Shown here: piece by piece, positions 1-9,300 of the stretch
Layout of the letters: each line of letters opens with the position of its first letter
How positions within the stretch are numbered: position 1 is the stretch's first letter
DNA from: a virus
Direction: 5' to 3' (one strand)
IMG/VR virus record: IMGVR_UViG_3300032307_000370
Coordinates: 32,001-96,000 of that record
Length of the DNA stretch: 64,000 nucleotides
Program-made: the position numbers and the translations under genes
Notes under the pieces: generated by a model
What the model was told of the DNA's origin: nothing
What the model saw: the letters and a program-made list of their open reading frames with translations, nothing else
Database searches by the model: none

Positions 1-637
1 AGTGAATGGCCTTTTTACCATCAGGTAATGCGGTAATTCTATATGTTAAATCACCTTGTATAATTCTTCTTTGGATATTAATTTCTTGCATTCTTAACAA
101 CATATCAAATGCTGGCATCATAAAGTAACTACCTGCCAAGTTTCCCATTTGGGCAAACCCCGCAGGTCCTGCTAAACCACCACCAGCAATACCACCAAAA
201 GTCCACGGATCAATTAATGTATTGTTTAACTCTGCCGGTGAAAACCATAATAATTCATTTATTTCTCTACACGCAGGGATTTCATAAATTTGTTGGTTCT
301 CAACTAATTGTATATAATCTTTTTTCAGAACATAATCACCACCGGCTTGTAACCCAACAATCTTGGAATAAGCGTAAGTGTATCTTGTTTCGTAATCCAA
401 ACTTTTCGTGATGAATGCTTTTGCAACTGATTGAGTTTCTATATTCAAACCCCAAAGATTAGACCACTGAGATTCAATCAACCAATCTTGTATGTATTGT
501 GAGTAATCATCAATAGAGAATTCCAATAGAGTATCCATTTGTTCATCCTCTAATTCAACACTACGAAGTGGTGCACCTAATAGGTGACGAATTCTCGTGT
601 ATAATTTACTTCTTTCTGGTTCTGAAATTATTGACAT
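1..637 (-). CDS. Neck/head-completion protein, T4 gp13-like (runs off the left edge; not in ORF track)
   Basis: Manual translation from ATG at 637: MSIISEPERSKLYTRIRHLLGAPLRSVELEDEQMDTLLEFSIDDY..., open to the window edge. The R-x-LGAP-x-x-x-VEL-x-DEQ motif is typical of gp13-like neck proteins; gp14/gp15-like genes lie nearby. Confidence 0.8.
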   Translation of the reverse strand, partial: MSIISEPERSKLYTRIRHLLGAPLRSVELEDEQMDTLLEFSIDDYSQYIQDWLIESQWSNLWGLNIETQSVAKAFITKSLDYETRYTYAYSKIVGLQAGGDYVLKKDYIQLVENQQIYEIPACREINELLWFSPAELNNTLIDPWTFGGIAGGGLAGPAGFAQMGNLAGSYFMMPAFDMLLRMQEINIQRRIIQGDLTYRITALPDGKKAIH

Positions 638-648
638 AGTTTTTATTT

Positions 649-656
649 TATAAATA
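649..656 (-). promoter_or_regulatory. TATTTATA motif (candidate late promoter) upstream of gp13-like gene
   Basis: TATAAATA on + equals TATTTATA on the coding strand, 11 nt before the ATG at 637; member of the recurring motif set. Confidence 0.6.
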
Positions 657-658
657 TC

Positions 659-1753
659 TTACTTTTTAGTTCTCAACAGATACAACTCATTAACAAACTC
701 CCAATTTACGTGATCCCAAAACTTTTTAATATACTCGTCTCGTTTATTTCTATAACGTAAATAATATGCGTGTTCCCAAACATCAAGACCTAATAAAGGG
801 TAACCCCCATCTTTAACAACACTCATCATAGGGTTATCTTGGTTTGGTGTTGATACGACTTTTAATCTTCCTGTCTTAGTAAGAACCAACCATACCCATC
901 CTGAACCAAATCTATCCATGGCAGATTGATTAAATTCATCCTTCATTTTTTTTATGTTACCATATTGTTTGGTAATTTTTTCGTATACCTCACCACTTGG
1001 TTTTTGTCTTTTAGGTGATAACATTTTCCAAAACAATGCGTGATTAAAAGCACCACCAGCATTATTTCTAATTGTTGTATTGTATTTACCGATTGTTTTT
1101 ACAATATCTTCTAACTCAACATCACCATAATCTTTTTTGGATAACGCATCGTTTAATTTTTTAACATAACCTTTATAATGTTTGTTATAATGAACATCCA
1201 TAGTTTCAGGATCAACAAACTTATTTAATGCCGAATATGAATATGGTAATTTCTCAATACCAATTTTTTTCATTTCCATTATAAAGTTTTCACGGATATT
1301 TTGTTTTTCAACTAATATAAGTTGTTCATTGATTAAATTGATTTTTTTACCAATACCAACTAACCCTTCATACATTAACTTTTCATATTGGGGGAAATCA
1401 CGTTCAAATTTTTTAATAACTGAACCAGCTTCTGAGTTTGCTTCATCTTCATTTGGACCTCCAATATCAGGACCCCTCTCAACACCTTTAGTTGATCGTT
1501 GCCATTCGTGTACCCATTCGTGAGCCAATGTTCTACAAACATCACGATTTATTCGTCCTCTAGTTAACACTTTAAGTTCAGAATTATCGTTTCTACTTCC
1601 AGTTGACATACCTTCAGTTTTTTCACCCAAAAATAAAACAGTAACATCATTATTAACAGGATATTTTTTTTGTAAGTATTTTAGGAAATCTCCGACTAAT
1701 TCTTTGTCCTCTTTGGACATATCGCATTTTATATGTTTAATAGTTACTTTCAT
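659..1753 (-). CDS. sod: Fusion: N-terminal HExxH (zincin/ImmA-IrrE-like) metallopeptidase domain + C-terminal Fe/Mn superoxide dismutase (Mn-type signature)
   Basis: HEWVH (78-82) and downstream EDEAN. The SOD domain has LPYSYSAL, H188 (DVHYNKH), Y196, NNAGGAFNH238, FGSGWVWL, NQD and D324VWEH328AYY, so all four metal ligands are present. Confidence 0.9.
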   Translation of the reverse strand: MKVTIKHIKCDMSKEDKELVGDFLKYLQKKYPVNNDVTVLFLGEKTEGMSTGSRNDNSELKVLTRGRINRDVCRTLAHEWVHEWQRSTKGVERGPDIGGPNEDEANSEAGSVIKKFERDFPQYEKLMYEGLVGIGKKINLINEQLILVEKQNIRENFIMEMKKIGIEKLPYSYSALNKFVDPETMDVHYNKHYKGYVKKLNDALSKKDYGDVELEDIVKTIGKYNTTIRNNAGGAFNHALFWKMLSPKRQKPSGEVYEKITKQYGNIKKMKDEFNQSAMDRFGSGWVWLVLTKTGRLKVVSTPNQDNPMMSVVKDGGYPLLGLDVWEHAYYLRYRNKRDEYIKKFWDHVNWEFVNELYLLRTKK

Positions 1754-1758
1754 TAATC

Positions 1759-1765
1759 ATAAATA
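1759..1765 (-). promoter_or_regulatory. TATTTAT motif upstream of SOD fusion
   Basis: ATAAATA on +, 5 nt before the ATG at 1753. Confidence 0.5.
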
Positions 1766-1771
1766 TCATAT

Positions 1772-1801
1772 AAAACAAAAAACCCACCGAGTGGTGGGTT
1801 T
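1772..1801 (-). terminator. Rho-independent terminator after ORF 1808-2194
   Basis: AAACCCACC-actc-GGTGGGTTT followed by TTTGTTTT on the minus strand. Confidence 0.75.
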
Positions 1802-1807
1802 ATAATA

Positions 1808-2194
1808 TTATTTTTCTCCTTCAGGATTTTCAACTTCTTCTTCAGATGGTGGTTCCTCTTCAGGTGTTACCGGTTCAACAAGTAAACCTAAATTCATTGC
1901 TTTAGTTTCTAAACACGTAAATAACGATTCAAAACTTTGACCTGATGGTCTTCCCATGCTAACCATAGCAGTATTGATATCATTTTTACATTTTACAAAT
2001 TCTTCTTTATTGTTAATTGATCTACAACTTTGGGGTATTTGATCCATTGTTAATCCGTTAGCATCAAAACACTCCATAAAATCTTCTATTGTAGATTCAA
2101 ATAATAAACCTTTTTGTTTCAAATATCTTTCTTCGGCAAGTAAATTAACTTGTTGTGTTTTTCTAATTTTAGTTTGACTTCTACTGTTACTCAT
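1808..2194 (-). CDS. Hypothetical protein, candidate internal head protein
   Basis: 128-aa ORF with its own upstream motif and terminator. N-terminal NLLAEERYL...GLLFE segment and acidic Pro/Glu tail. Confidence 0.7.
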   Translation of the reverse strand: MSNSRSQTKIRKTQQVNLLAEERYLKQKGLLFESTIEDFMECFDANGLTMDQIPQSCRSINNKEEFVKCKNDINTAMVSMGRPSGQSFESLFTCLETKAMNLGLLVEPVTPEEEPPSEEEVENPEGEK

Positions 2195-2211
2195 AATTTA
2201 TATGTTTCCAA

Positions 2212-2218
2212 ATAAATA
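2212..2218 (-). promoter_or_regulatory. TATTTAT motif upstream of ORF 1808-2194
   Basis: ATAAATA on +, 17 nt before the start at 2194. Confidence 0.55.
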
Positions 2219-2235
2219 TCATAAAAAAACAAATA

Positions 2236-3999
2236 TTATCGTCTCTTATTTATTAAACTTAATATTTCTTCAACAACATCTCCACTATTCTCAGGTTGTT
2301 CATCCCCCATTACGGTTCGGATGATTTCTTTCTTACGATTTAAGATGTCATAAATAGCACCTTCAATAGTGTTTTCGTACAATGGATAGTAAACAAGTAC
2401 GTTTGATTTTTGACCATAACGATACGCTCTATCTTCAGCTTGAGCGTGTTCGGCGGGAACAAATGATAAGTCATTCATAATAACAACCTCAGCGGCGGTT
2501 AAAGTTAAACCAACACCAGCAGCCTTTAAGTTCCCAACAAATACCTTAATCTTTTCATTATCCTGAAACTCATCAACTGCGTGTTGACGATGAGGTTTAG
2601 AACAACTACCATCCAAATAAACCGCTTGTTTTCCAAAGTGATTATAGATAGTTTGTAATGTGTTGGTAAAGTTTGTGAAGATAATAACTTTTTTACCTTG
2701 TTCTATAATGTTCTCAGCAAACTCAATAGTTTGTTTTGTTTTCTCGTTAGCAATAACCTTCCTAACTTTCATTAGTTTTGAGAATTGAACCGTAAGAGAA
2801 GATGACTCATCTTTCTTATTGTCAAACCAATCATAATATTCCCCCATTAATTCCTCATACTCTTTTGATTTCAAACGAAGATATACAGGTGAAATAATTT
2901 TATCAGGGAGATCTAATACATCCTCTTTTAATCTACGAAGAATTTGTTTTGAAGTTCTATCCCTTAATTCTTCCAAATTAGAAGCCCCCGTAACATTCCA
3001 CACTTTTCTATTTCCCGCAGTAAATTGATATCCCTGACAATAACGAATAGCATAAGCCATCCAATTTTGAGCAACGGGGGACTCAATAATGTTTAATAGG
3101 TTATAATAGTTCATTGGACGAGATGTCATTGGTGTTCCCGTCAACAACCAAACCCTTTTTATGTTTTTAACAAAATGGTTAATAATTTTTGTTCTTTGTG
3201 CTTGGGGGTTAGATATCATATGGGCTTCATCCAAGATAACCAACTCAAAATCAGATTGATTTAGTAAGGACTTACTTTTGTCCTTCATATCGTGAAAGTT
3301 TTTTAGAATATCATAATTAACGATAACAAAATCAGATTCAGTTGAAAATTTCTTACCTTCTGCAATATATACGGTTCTATCTGAATAATTTTCAATCTCA
3401 CGTTGCCAGTTAATCTTTAAAGATGCGGGACAAATAATTAATATTTTCTTCGCCCCCGTCTCCAAAGCGGCAATAATCGTAGCCGTTGTTTTACCAAGAC
3501 CCATATCATCGGCAAGAATAAATCTTCTTGATCCTGCCAATTTTTCTATTGCTTCTTTTTGGTGTTGTAGTGGTGGTCTATGATCGTATTTAGAATAATC
3601 AACTTCAATCTTCTCAACATTATGTGATTTAATAAGAGCCGACTTAGGTACCCAAAACTCACTTAACCTATCTTTCTCAAAGAATTTGGCCCAAACGTGG
3701 TAAGATTTTTCTTTCTCAACTAATAACTTCTCAATATATATGTTTTCAGGTGTTTCTAAAAGATATTTTTCTTCAGCAAACTTTTTAGCGAAGTAAGTAT
3801 CCAATTCCACCCACTTACGAGCAATCTTTGGTGTGGTGTTAAAATAATTTATAATGTAATCCGCTTGAGTTCTTGTCGGATAAAATCTTTTGTTGGTTTC
3901 TTTTTTGGTTTTAAGATATATTATATAGTTATTGGCACCCGAATAGGTGTCTAACAATTCCAACGCTTTGTGTTCTATTAATGATTGATTAATATCCAA
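2236..3999 (-). CDS. SNF2-family (SMARCAL1/HARP-like) helicase/ATPase
   Basis: Motifs ILADDMGLGKT, ILDEAH, LLTGTP and QAEDRAYRYGQ. The likely start is TTG at 3999, preceded by AAGGA; the ORF-track ATG at 4065 overlaps the next gene and its promoter region. Confidence 0.9.
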   Translation of the reverse strand: MDINQSLIEHKALELLDTYSGANNYIIYLKTKKETNKRFYPTRTQADYIINYFNTTPKIARKWVELDTYFAKKFAEEKYLLETPENIYIEKLLVEKEKSYHVWAKFFEKDRLSEFWVPKSALIKSHNVEKIEVDYSKYDHRPPLQHQKEAIEKLAGSRRFILADDMGLGKTTATIIAALETGAKKILIICPASLKINWQREIENYSDRTVYIAEGKKFSTESDFVIVNYDILKNFHDMKDKSKSLLNQSDFELVILDEAHMISNPQAQRTKIINHFVKNIKRVWLLTGTPMTSRPMNYYNLLNIIESPVAQNWMAYAIRYCQGYQFTAGNRKVWNVTGASNLEELRDRTSKQILRRLKEDVLDLPDKIISPVYLRLKSKEYEELMGEYYDWFDNKKDESSSLTVQFSKLMKVRKVIANEKTKQTIEFAENIIEQGKKVIIFTNFTNTLQTIYNHFGKQAVYLDGSCSKPHRQHAVDEFQDNEKIKVFVGNLKAAGVGLTLTAAEVVIMNDLSFVPAEHAQAEDRAYRYGQKSNVLVYYPLYENTIEGAIYDILNRKKEIIRTVMGDEQPENSGDVVEEILSLINKRR

Positions 4000-4034
4000 A
4001 TTTTCCTTTTTAATAAAAATAACAATAAAAAAGA

Positions 4035-4050
4035 TATTTATCAATAAATA
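4035..4050. promoter_or_regulatory. Back-to-back TATTTAT motifs (4035-4041 on +, 4044-4050 on -), divergent promoter pair
   Basis: TATTTAT-ca-ATAAATA between the divergent SNF2 and gp14-like genes. Confidence 0.6.
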
Positions 4051-4058
4051 CCGAAAAT

Positions 4059-4571
4059 ATGGCAAATAAAGTTCCTATTACAAGGATAGGTAAATTTTTT
4101 GGATCAAACGATTTTGACCTTGATATCTCAATGGGTGAAGAATGGTTAGTGGGAGATATGAACTTCACTTGCGTTTTATATCGCATTGATAGATACAAAA
4201 CAAAAACCGATGATGTATATGGTGAAACCGTATCAGACGGTATTAAATTTTTACCTCCAATTGAATTCAATGGTTTCGTTCAAGTAATGGCACCTGAAAA
4301 TAAAATGTTAGGATCAACAAGAGTTGATCAAATGGAACCTGGTAATATTAAAATTTCAGTTTATCAAAAAACTTTAGATGATTTAGGAATTGATATTAAT
4401 TTTGGTGATTATATTGGGTATTATGAAACGGAAACATTAGTTAGATATTACACCGTCAATAATGATGGTCGTGTGGTGTCGGATAATAAACATACTTATG
4501 CAGGGTATAAACCTTTCTATCGTACGATAATGGCTTCACCTGTAGGACCAAATGAATTTAGAGGATTATGA
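4059..4571 (+). CDS. Neck/head-closure protein, T4 gp14-like
   Basis: VLYRID...DDVYGE motif, size, and position among gp13/gp15-like genes. Confidence 0.65.
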   Translation: MANKVPITRIGKFFGSNDFDLDISMGEEWLVGDMNFTCVLYRIDRYKTKTDDVYGETVSDGIKFLPPIEFNGFVQVMAPENKMLGSTRVDQMEPGNIKISVYQKTLDDLGIDINFGDYIGYYETETLVRYYTVNNDGRVVSDNKHTYAGYKPFYRTIMASPVGPNEFRGL

Positions 4572-5008
4572 AACTATTATTAAACGAATCTCAGAGTAAA
4601 GATTTAATTTATTCAATTAAGGGAGACCCGGATTTATTGATTAATAAACAAGTTAAAGTTTATTATGATATTACGAGACATATGTTCTCAGTTACATTTG
4701 GTGGTATTGTCGTATTAAAAGCGGATTACGTTAGATTGGAAAATGTAAGATTTTTAGTGGGGGAAAAAGGTAAAGAAAAAGTTAGATCAGTTAAACAAAA
4801 AAATGTTCATGCTTATGTAACAGGAACATTGGTTGATTACTGTGAGTTTCCTTGTGATAATATTCCATCACCCGATTCAAATGTTGTTATTAAATATAAT
4901 CCTTATTTTGATGATACTTTTGTAATTAAGAAAACAAGAGAACCAATCTTTGGTGCAAATGAAGTTGAAATGATAAATTTAGAAGATAAAATATTTTTAG
5001 TGAATTAA
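4568..5008 (+). CDS. Conserved phage hypothetical protein (VY...FSV...KNVHA family)
   Basis: ATGA overlap with the upstream gene. VKVYY..RHMFSV...V.F.V...G...V...KQKNVHAYV.G...YNPY pattern, which I recall from many phage small proteins; MKLLLNESQ N-terminus. Confidence 0.75.
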   Translation: MKLLLNESQSKDLIYSIKGDPDLLINKQVKVYYDITRHMFSVTFGGIVVLKADYVRLENVRFLVGEKGKEKVRSVKQKNVHAYVTGTLVDYCEFPCDNIPSPDSNVVIKYNPYFDDTFVIKKTREPIFGANEVEMINLEDKIFLVN

Positions 5009-5009
5009 T

Positions 5010-6071
5010 ATGGGGTTCCCAAAACAAATAAAAAAAAGTATTCCTCTGATTGAGAAAAAAATCTTAACTCCGAGAAGACATGAGATTGCGGACATGATTT
5101 CAGAAGATGGAACTTATCTTCCGAAATCTTTATTACACGCCGATTTAGATCGTGGATTTTTAGATTTTGTTAAAGATGAATTAAGATGTGTTGTTGAAGG
5201 ATCATTAATTCCAACTGTTGACATTATGATCACAACACAGAACTGGTCTCAGTTTGTGGAAACATGGGATTTCCAAAATATTGACAAAAATGCTGAACCC
5301 CCATTTATCACAACGATCAGAACCCCCGAAGTTAAATATGGATCAAATCCCGCATTAAGATGGAATATACCAAATAGAAGACAATACTATTACGCGAAAG
5401 TACCAACATGGGACGGACAAAGACATGGTATGGATATATACAAAATACCCCAACCAGTACCTGTTGATATAACATATACTGTGGCAATCTTATGTAATAG
5501 AATGAGAGAACTAAATAAGTTCAATCAAATTGTTCTTGAAAAGTTCGCATCAAGACAAGCATACCAAGTCATAAAAGGACATTATATTCCTATTGTAATG
5601 AATGACATTACAGATGAATCAGTATTAGACCTTGAGAAAAGAAAATTTTATATTCAAAAATATACCTTTACATTATTAGGTTTCCTTATTGATGAGGACG
5701 AGTTTGAGATTACTCCAGCAATCACACGAGTTTTTCAAATTTTTGAAACAGAAACAAAAACAAGAAAGAAAAGACAAAGAAAAGAAGAACCAAACCCACC
5801 TTCAGTAAAAAGATATGATTTTGCAACGGGTGTCACTGCCAATGAAGTTATAGAGGTTTTTGATTATAATGTTAATTTAAGATTTGTTGATAGTGATAAT
5901 GTATCAAGTGGGACCCCCCCATCAGGATATGAGGTTTATATTAATGGTCTTTACTATGGGAACGATGTTAGGGAAATACAAATTAATAGTGGGGATGAAT
6001 TAAAAATTATCATCTACAAACAATTTCCAAACGACACATCATTCTTAATATTTAATCAGGAGTTACTTTAA
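5010..6071 (+). CDS. Tail terminator/sheath stabiliser, T4 gp15-like, with C-terminal extension
   Basis: IP...PVPVDITYTVAILCNRMRELNKFNQ.V...F pattern; directly upstream of the sheath. Confidence 0.65.
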   Translation: MGFPKQIKKSIPLIEKKILTPRRHEIADMISEDGTYLPKSLLHADLDRGFLDFVKDELRCVVEGSLIPTVDIMITTQNWSQFVETWDFQNIDKNAEPPFITTIRTPEVKYGSNPALRWNIPNRRQYYYAKVPTWDGQRHGMDIYKIPQPVPVDITYTVAILCNRMRELNKFNQIVLEKFASRQAYQVIKGHYIPIVMNDITDESVLDLEKRKFYIQKYTFTLLGFLIDEDEFEITPAITRVFQIFETETKTRKKRQRKEEPNPPSVKRYDFATGVTANEVIEVFDYNVNLRFVDSDNVSSGTPPSGYEVYINGLYYGNDVREIQINSGDELKIIIYKQFPNDTSFLIFNQELL

Positions 6072-6236
6072 TTAATCCTCTCCGTAAATATCTTTTTTTT
6101 CCTTACATTTTTCCATTATCAGGTTTTCCAAAAACCGATACATTTTAATCCCACGCTTATCACAATACTTTTTTAGGGTTTCGTGAACCTCAACTGAAAT
6201 CTTCAAATTTTTTATCTTCTTAGTATCTTTATCCAT
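6072..6236 (-). CDS. Ribbon-helix-helix (CopG/Arc/MetJ-like) DNA-binding protein, 54 aa (not in ORF track)
   Basis: Manual translation MDKDTKKIKNLKISVEVHETLKKYCDKRGIKMYRFLENLIMEKCKEKKDIYGED*. Alternating beta strand KNLKIS, helix, G turn and second helix match the RHH pattern. Confidence 0.75.
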   Translation of the reverse strand: MDKDTKKIKNLKISVEVHETLKKYCDKRGIKMYRFLENLIMEKCKEKKDIYGED

Positions 6237-6255
6237 AGGTAGAAAAAAGGTAGAA
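6237..6255. promoter_or_regulatory. Tandem AGGTAGAA direct repeat (6237-6244, 6248-6255), candidate RHH operator
   Basis: Two exact 8-mers with 11-nt periodicity, immediately upstream of the RHH start codon. Confidence 0.4.
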
Positions 6256-6271
6256 TTAAATCATACCAAAA

Positions 6272-6279
6272 TATAAATA
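6272..6279 (-). promoter_or_regulatory. TATTTATA motif upstream of RHH gene, inside a TTGTAA-N16-TATGAT promoter-like element
   Basis: Minus strand reads TTGTAAactatttatattttggTATGAT. Confidence 0.5.
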
Positions 6280-6315
6280 GTTTACAAGAAGTAAAGTTTT
6301 TGCGTAAAAAACTAA

Positions 6316-6323
6316 TATTTATA
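6316..6323 (+). promoter_or_regulatory. TATTTATA motif upstream of tail sheath
   Basis: 33 nt before the ATG at 6357. Confidence 0.6.
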
Positions 6324-6356
6324 TAGAAATAAATTAAATAAACAAAAAAAAAGACA

Positions 6357-9300
6357 ATGGCTAATAGTAAAGTATTTGTATCACCAGGCGTCTATACTTC
6401 TGAAGTGGATTTAAGTTTTGTGGCACAAAGTGTTGGTGTTACAACTTTAGGTATCGCAGGTGAGACCTTAAAGGGTCCCGCATTCGAACCAATCTTCATT
6501 AGAAATTTTGACGAGTTCCAAACCTATTTTGGGGGAACTGTACCTGAAAAATTTGTGAACACACAAATCCCTAAATATGAGGCTGCGTATATCGCAAAAT
6601 CTTATTTACAACAATCTAATCAATTATTCGTAACGAGAATATTAGGACTTTCAGGTTATGACGCTGGTCCGTCTTGGTCAATCGTAACTACGGCAAACGT
6701 AGATTGTTCAACAATTGGTATTAATTGTTTTAGTGCAGTTACACCATCAGGATCATGTGATCCTGTATGTGTTACACCATTAGAATTACCATTTGTGGTT
6801 GATTTTACAGGATGTACTAATTCAACAACAAGTATAGATTATTTAAGTAATTTCCCACAAGAAATTCAAGATTTACTTAATGTGAGTTATGAAACACCTC
6901 AAGGTGGAACATCAACATTAGATAGTAACATTAGAGATTTAATCTTTGGTGTTATTACAAGTTCAAACCCTTTAACCGCTGAAGATACTAATATTAGTTA
7001 TTTTGGTAGTGTTGATGGTAATGATTATAGTGCGTTAACCGTAAATGGAACATATACCGCAACAACAAATGTTTATGGTGTTCCTGCAGTACCATTTGAT
7101 CAAAACACATTATGTGATGGGGCTAATACATCTTGGTATTATTCTTTATTTGATGAGGATGGTAATGGTAATTATTCTGGTTTCTCATTTTGGTCAATCG
7201 TTACAGGTGTGACAAACATTACACCAATAACAACAACCACTACGGCACCAACCACAACATCAACAACAACTAACCCTTGTGTTACTCCTGTTCCAACAAC
7301 CACAACAACTACAACAATTCCTGTACCTGTTGAGTGTTATTCAGGGTCAGTAATGGGTGTAATCTACTATTATACAGGTACATCATATACCAATTATGAT
7401 AATATGGTTGTATCAACATTCAGATCAAGAGGTATATCAACTTATGCTGATGGTAATAACCCAGTATATGAAGTACCTAATTTAAATGACGTTTCATTAA
7501 ACATGACAGGTCAATACTCAGGTGTTTTACAAAACCCATATTTACCATTTGGTGTAAATGTAACAAATAAAGATGGGGTTAACTTTAATTTTGAAGCATC
7601 ATTCTCAACATCGGACGCTCAATACCTTACTAAAGTATTTGGTACTACTAATTTTGGTAAACCAAGAAATGTAGTTCCTTTATTTGTTGAAGAAAGATTC
7701 CAAGCGTTATTAAATTATGGATGGAGAAAAGGTTTCATTAGAGGTTTAAGACCTACATTGGTTGATTTAGATTCTGCTCAAAGTAATGCTAGTGATTCAA
7801 TCGCATGGTATTTAGACAGATATCAAACACCAAGTTCACCATGGGTTGTATCTGAACTTAGAGGTACAAAAGTTTATAACTTATTTAAGTTCTACACAAT
7901 TGCCGATGGGGATGCTGCTAATTATGAAATTAAAATCTCTATTGGAAACATTTCATTCGCAAATGGCACTTTTGATGTATTCGTTCGTGATTATTATGAT
8001 ACAGATACTAATCCAGTTGTTGTGGAAAAATTCACAAACTGTAGTATGGATCCAAGTCAAAATAATTTCGTTGCTAAGAAAATCGGAACATTGGATGGAG
8101 AATTCCAACTTAATTCTACATATGTAATGGTGGAAATGAATGAAGATGCTCCTGTAGATGCATTACCTTGTGGATTTGAAGGATTTAACTTTAGAACATA
8201 CGGAACGGCAACATCACCATTCCCTGTGTATAAAACAAAATATGATTTCCCTGGTGAAGTAATATTTAACCCACCGTTTAGTGCACCAATTCAAAGTCCC
8301 GGTGATAATGTTAGAAGAACATATTTAGGTATTTCTAACAACAATAGTTGGGATGGTAACTATTTTGAATATATTGGTAAACAAAACCCTATCTCAACTT
8401 GTGATTTAGAAGGTGGTGAATGGAACTACAGATCAAAAGGTTTCCACATGGATAAAGATGCATCAGGTATTACAATTTCAGATGCATTTACAACATCAGG
8501 AACACCAAGATTTGATGTGGGTGATGCTAATTTCTCATCTGAACCAAACAACCCAACAAACCCTTACTATAGAATTTACTCAAGAAAATTCACTTTATTA
8601 GTACAAGGTGGTTTTGATGGTTGGGATATCTATAGAGAATATAGAACTAACGGAGATAGATATGTATTAGGAAGATCAGGTTACTTAAATGGTGCTTGTC
8701 CTGATAACAGATATCCGAATGCTGTTGGTTGGGGAGCATTCAAACAAATCGCTGTTGGTGATGGAACTCAAGATTTCGCAAATACTGATTACTACGCATA
8801 TTTGTTAGGTATTCAAACATTCGCAAATCCTGAAGCAGTTAACATCAACGTATTTGTATCCCCTGGTATTGACTACGTTAATAACAGTGACTTAGTAGAA
8901 GCAACAATTGATATGATTGAGAACGATAGAGCGGATTCACTTTATATTACAACTACCCCTGACTACAACCTATTCTTACCAACAACAACAGGTGGTGATG
9001 GAATGATTTATCCTCAAGAAGCGGTTGACAACTTGGAACAAACAGGAATTGACTCTAACTACACGGCAACTTACTACCCTTGGGTATTAACTCGTGATAC
9101 GGTTAACAATACTCAAATCTATATTCCAGCAACGGCTGAGGTAACAAGAAACTTGGCATTAACCGACAACATCGCGTTCCCTTGGTTCGCAGCTGCGGGT
9201 TATACAAGAGGTATCGTGAACTCAATCAAAGCACGTAAGAAGTTGACTCAAGAAGATAGAGATACTCTTTACCAAGGAAGAATTAACCCGATCGCAACCT

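Noticed and set aside
217-411. 64-aa plus-strand ORF in the track
   Set aside because: Shadow of the minus-strand gp13-like gene (1-637), which has recognisable motifs.
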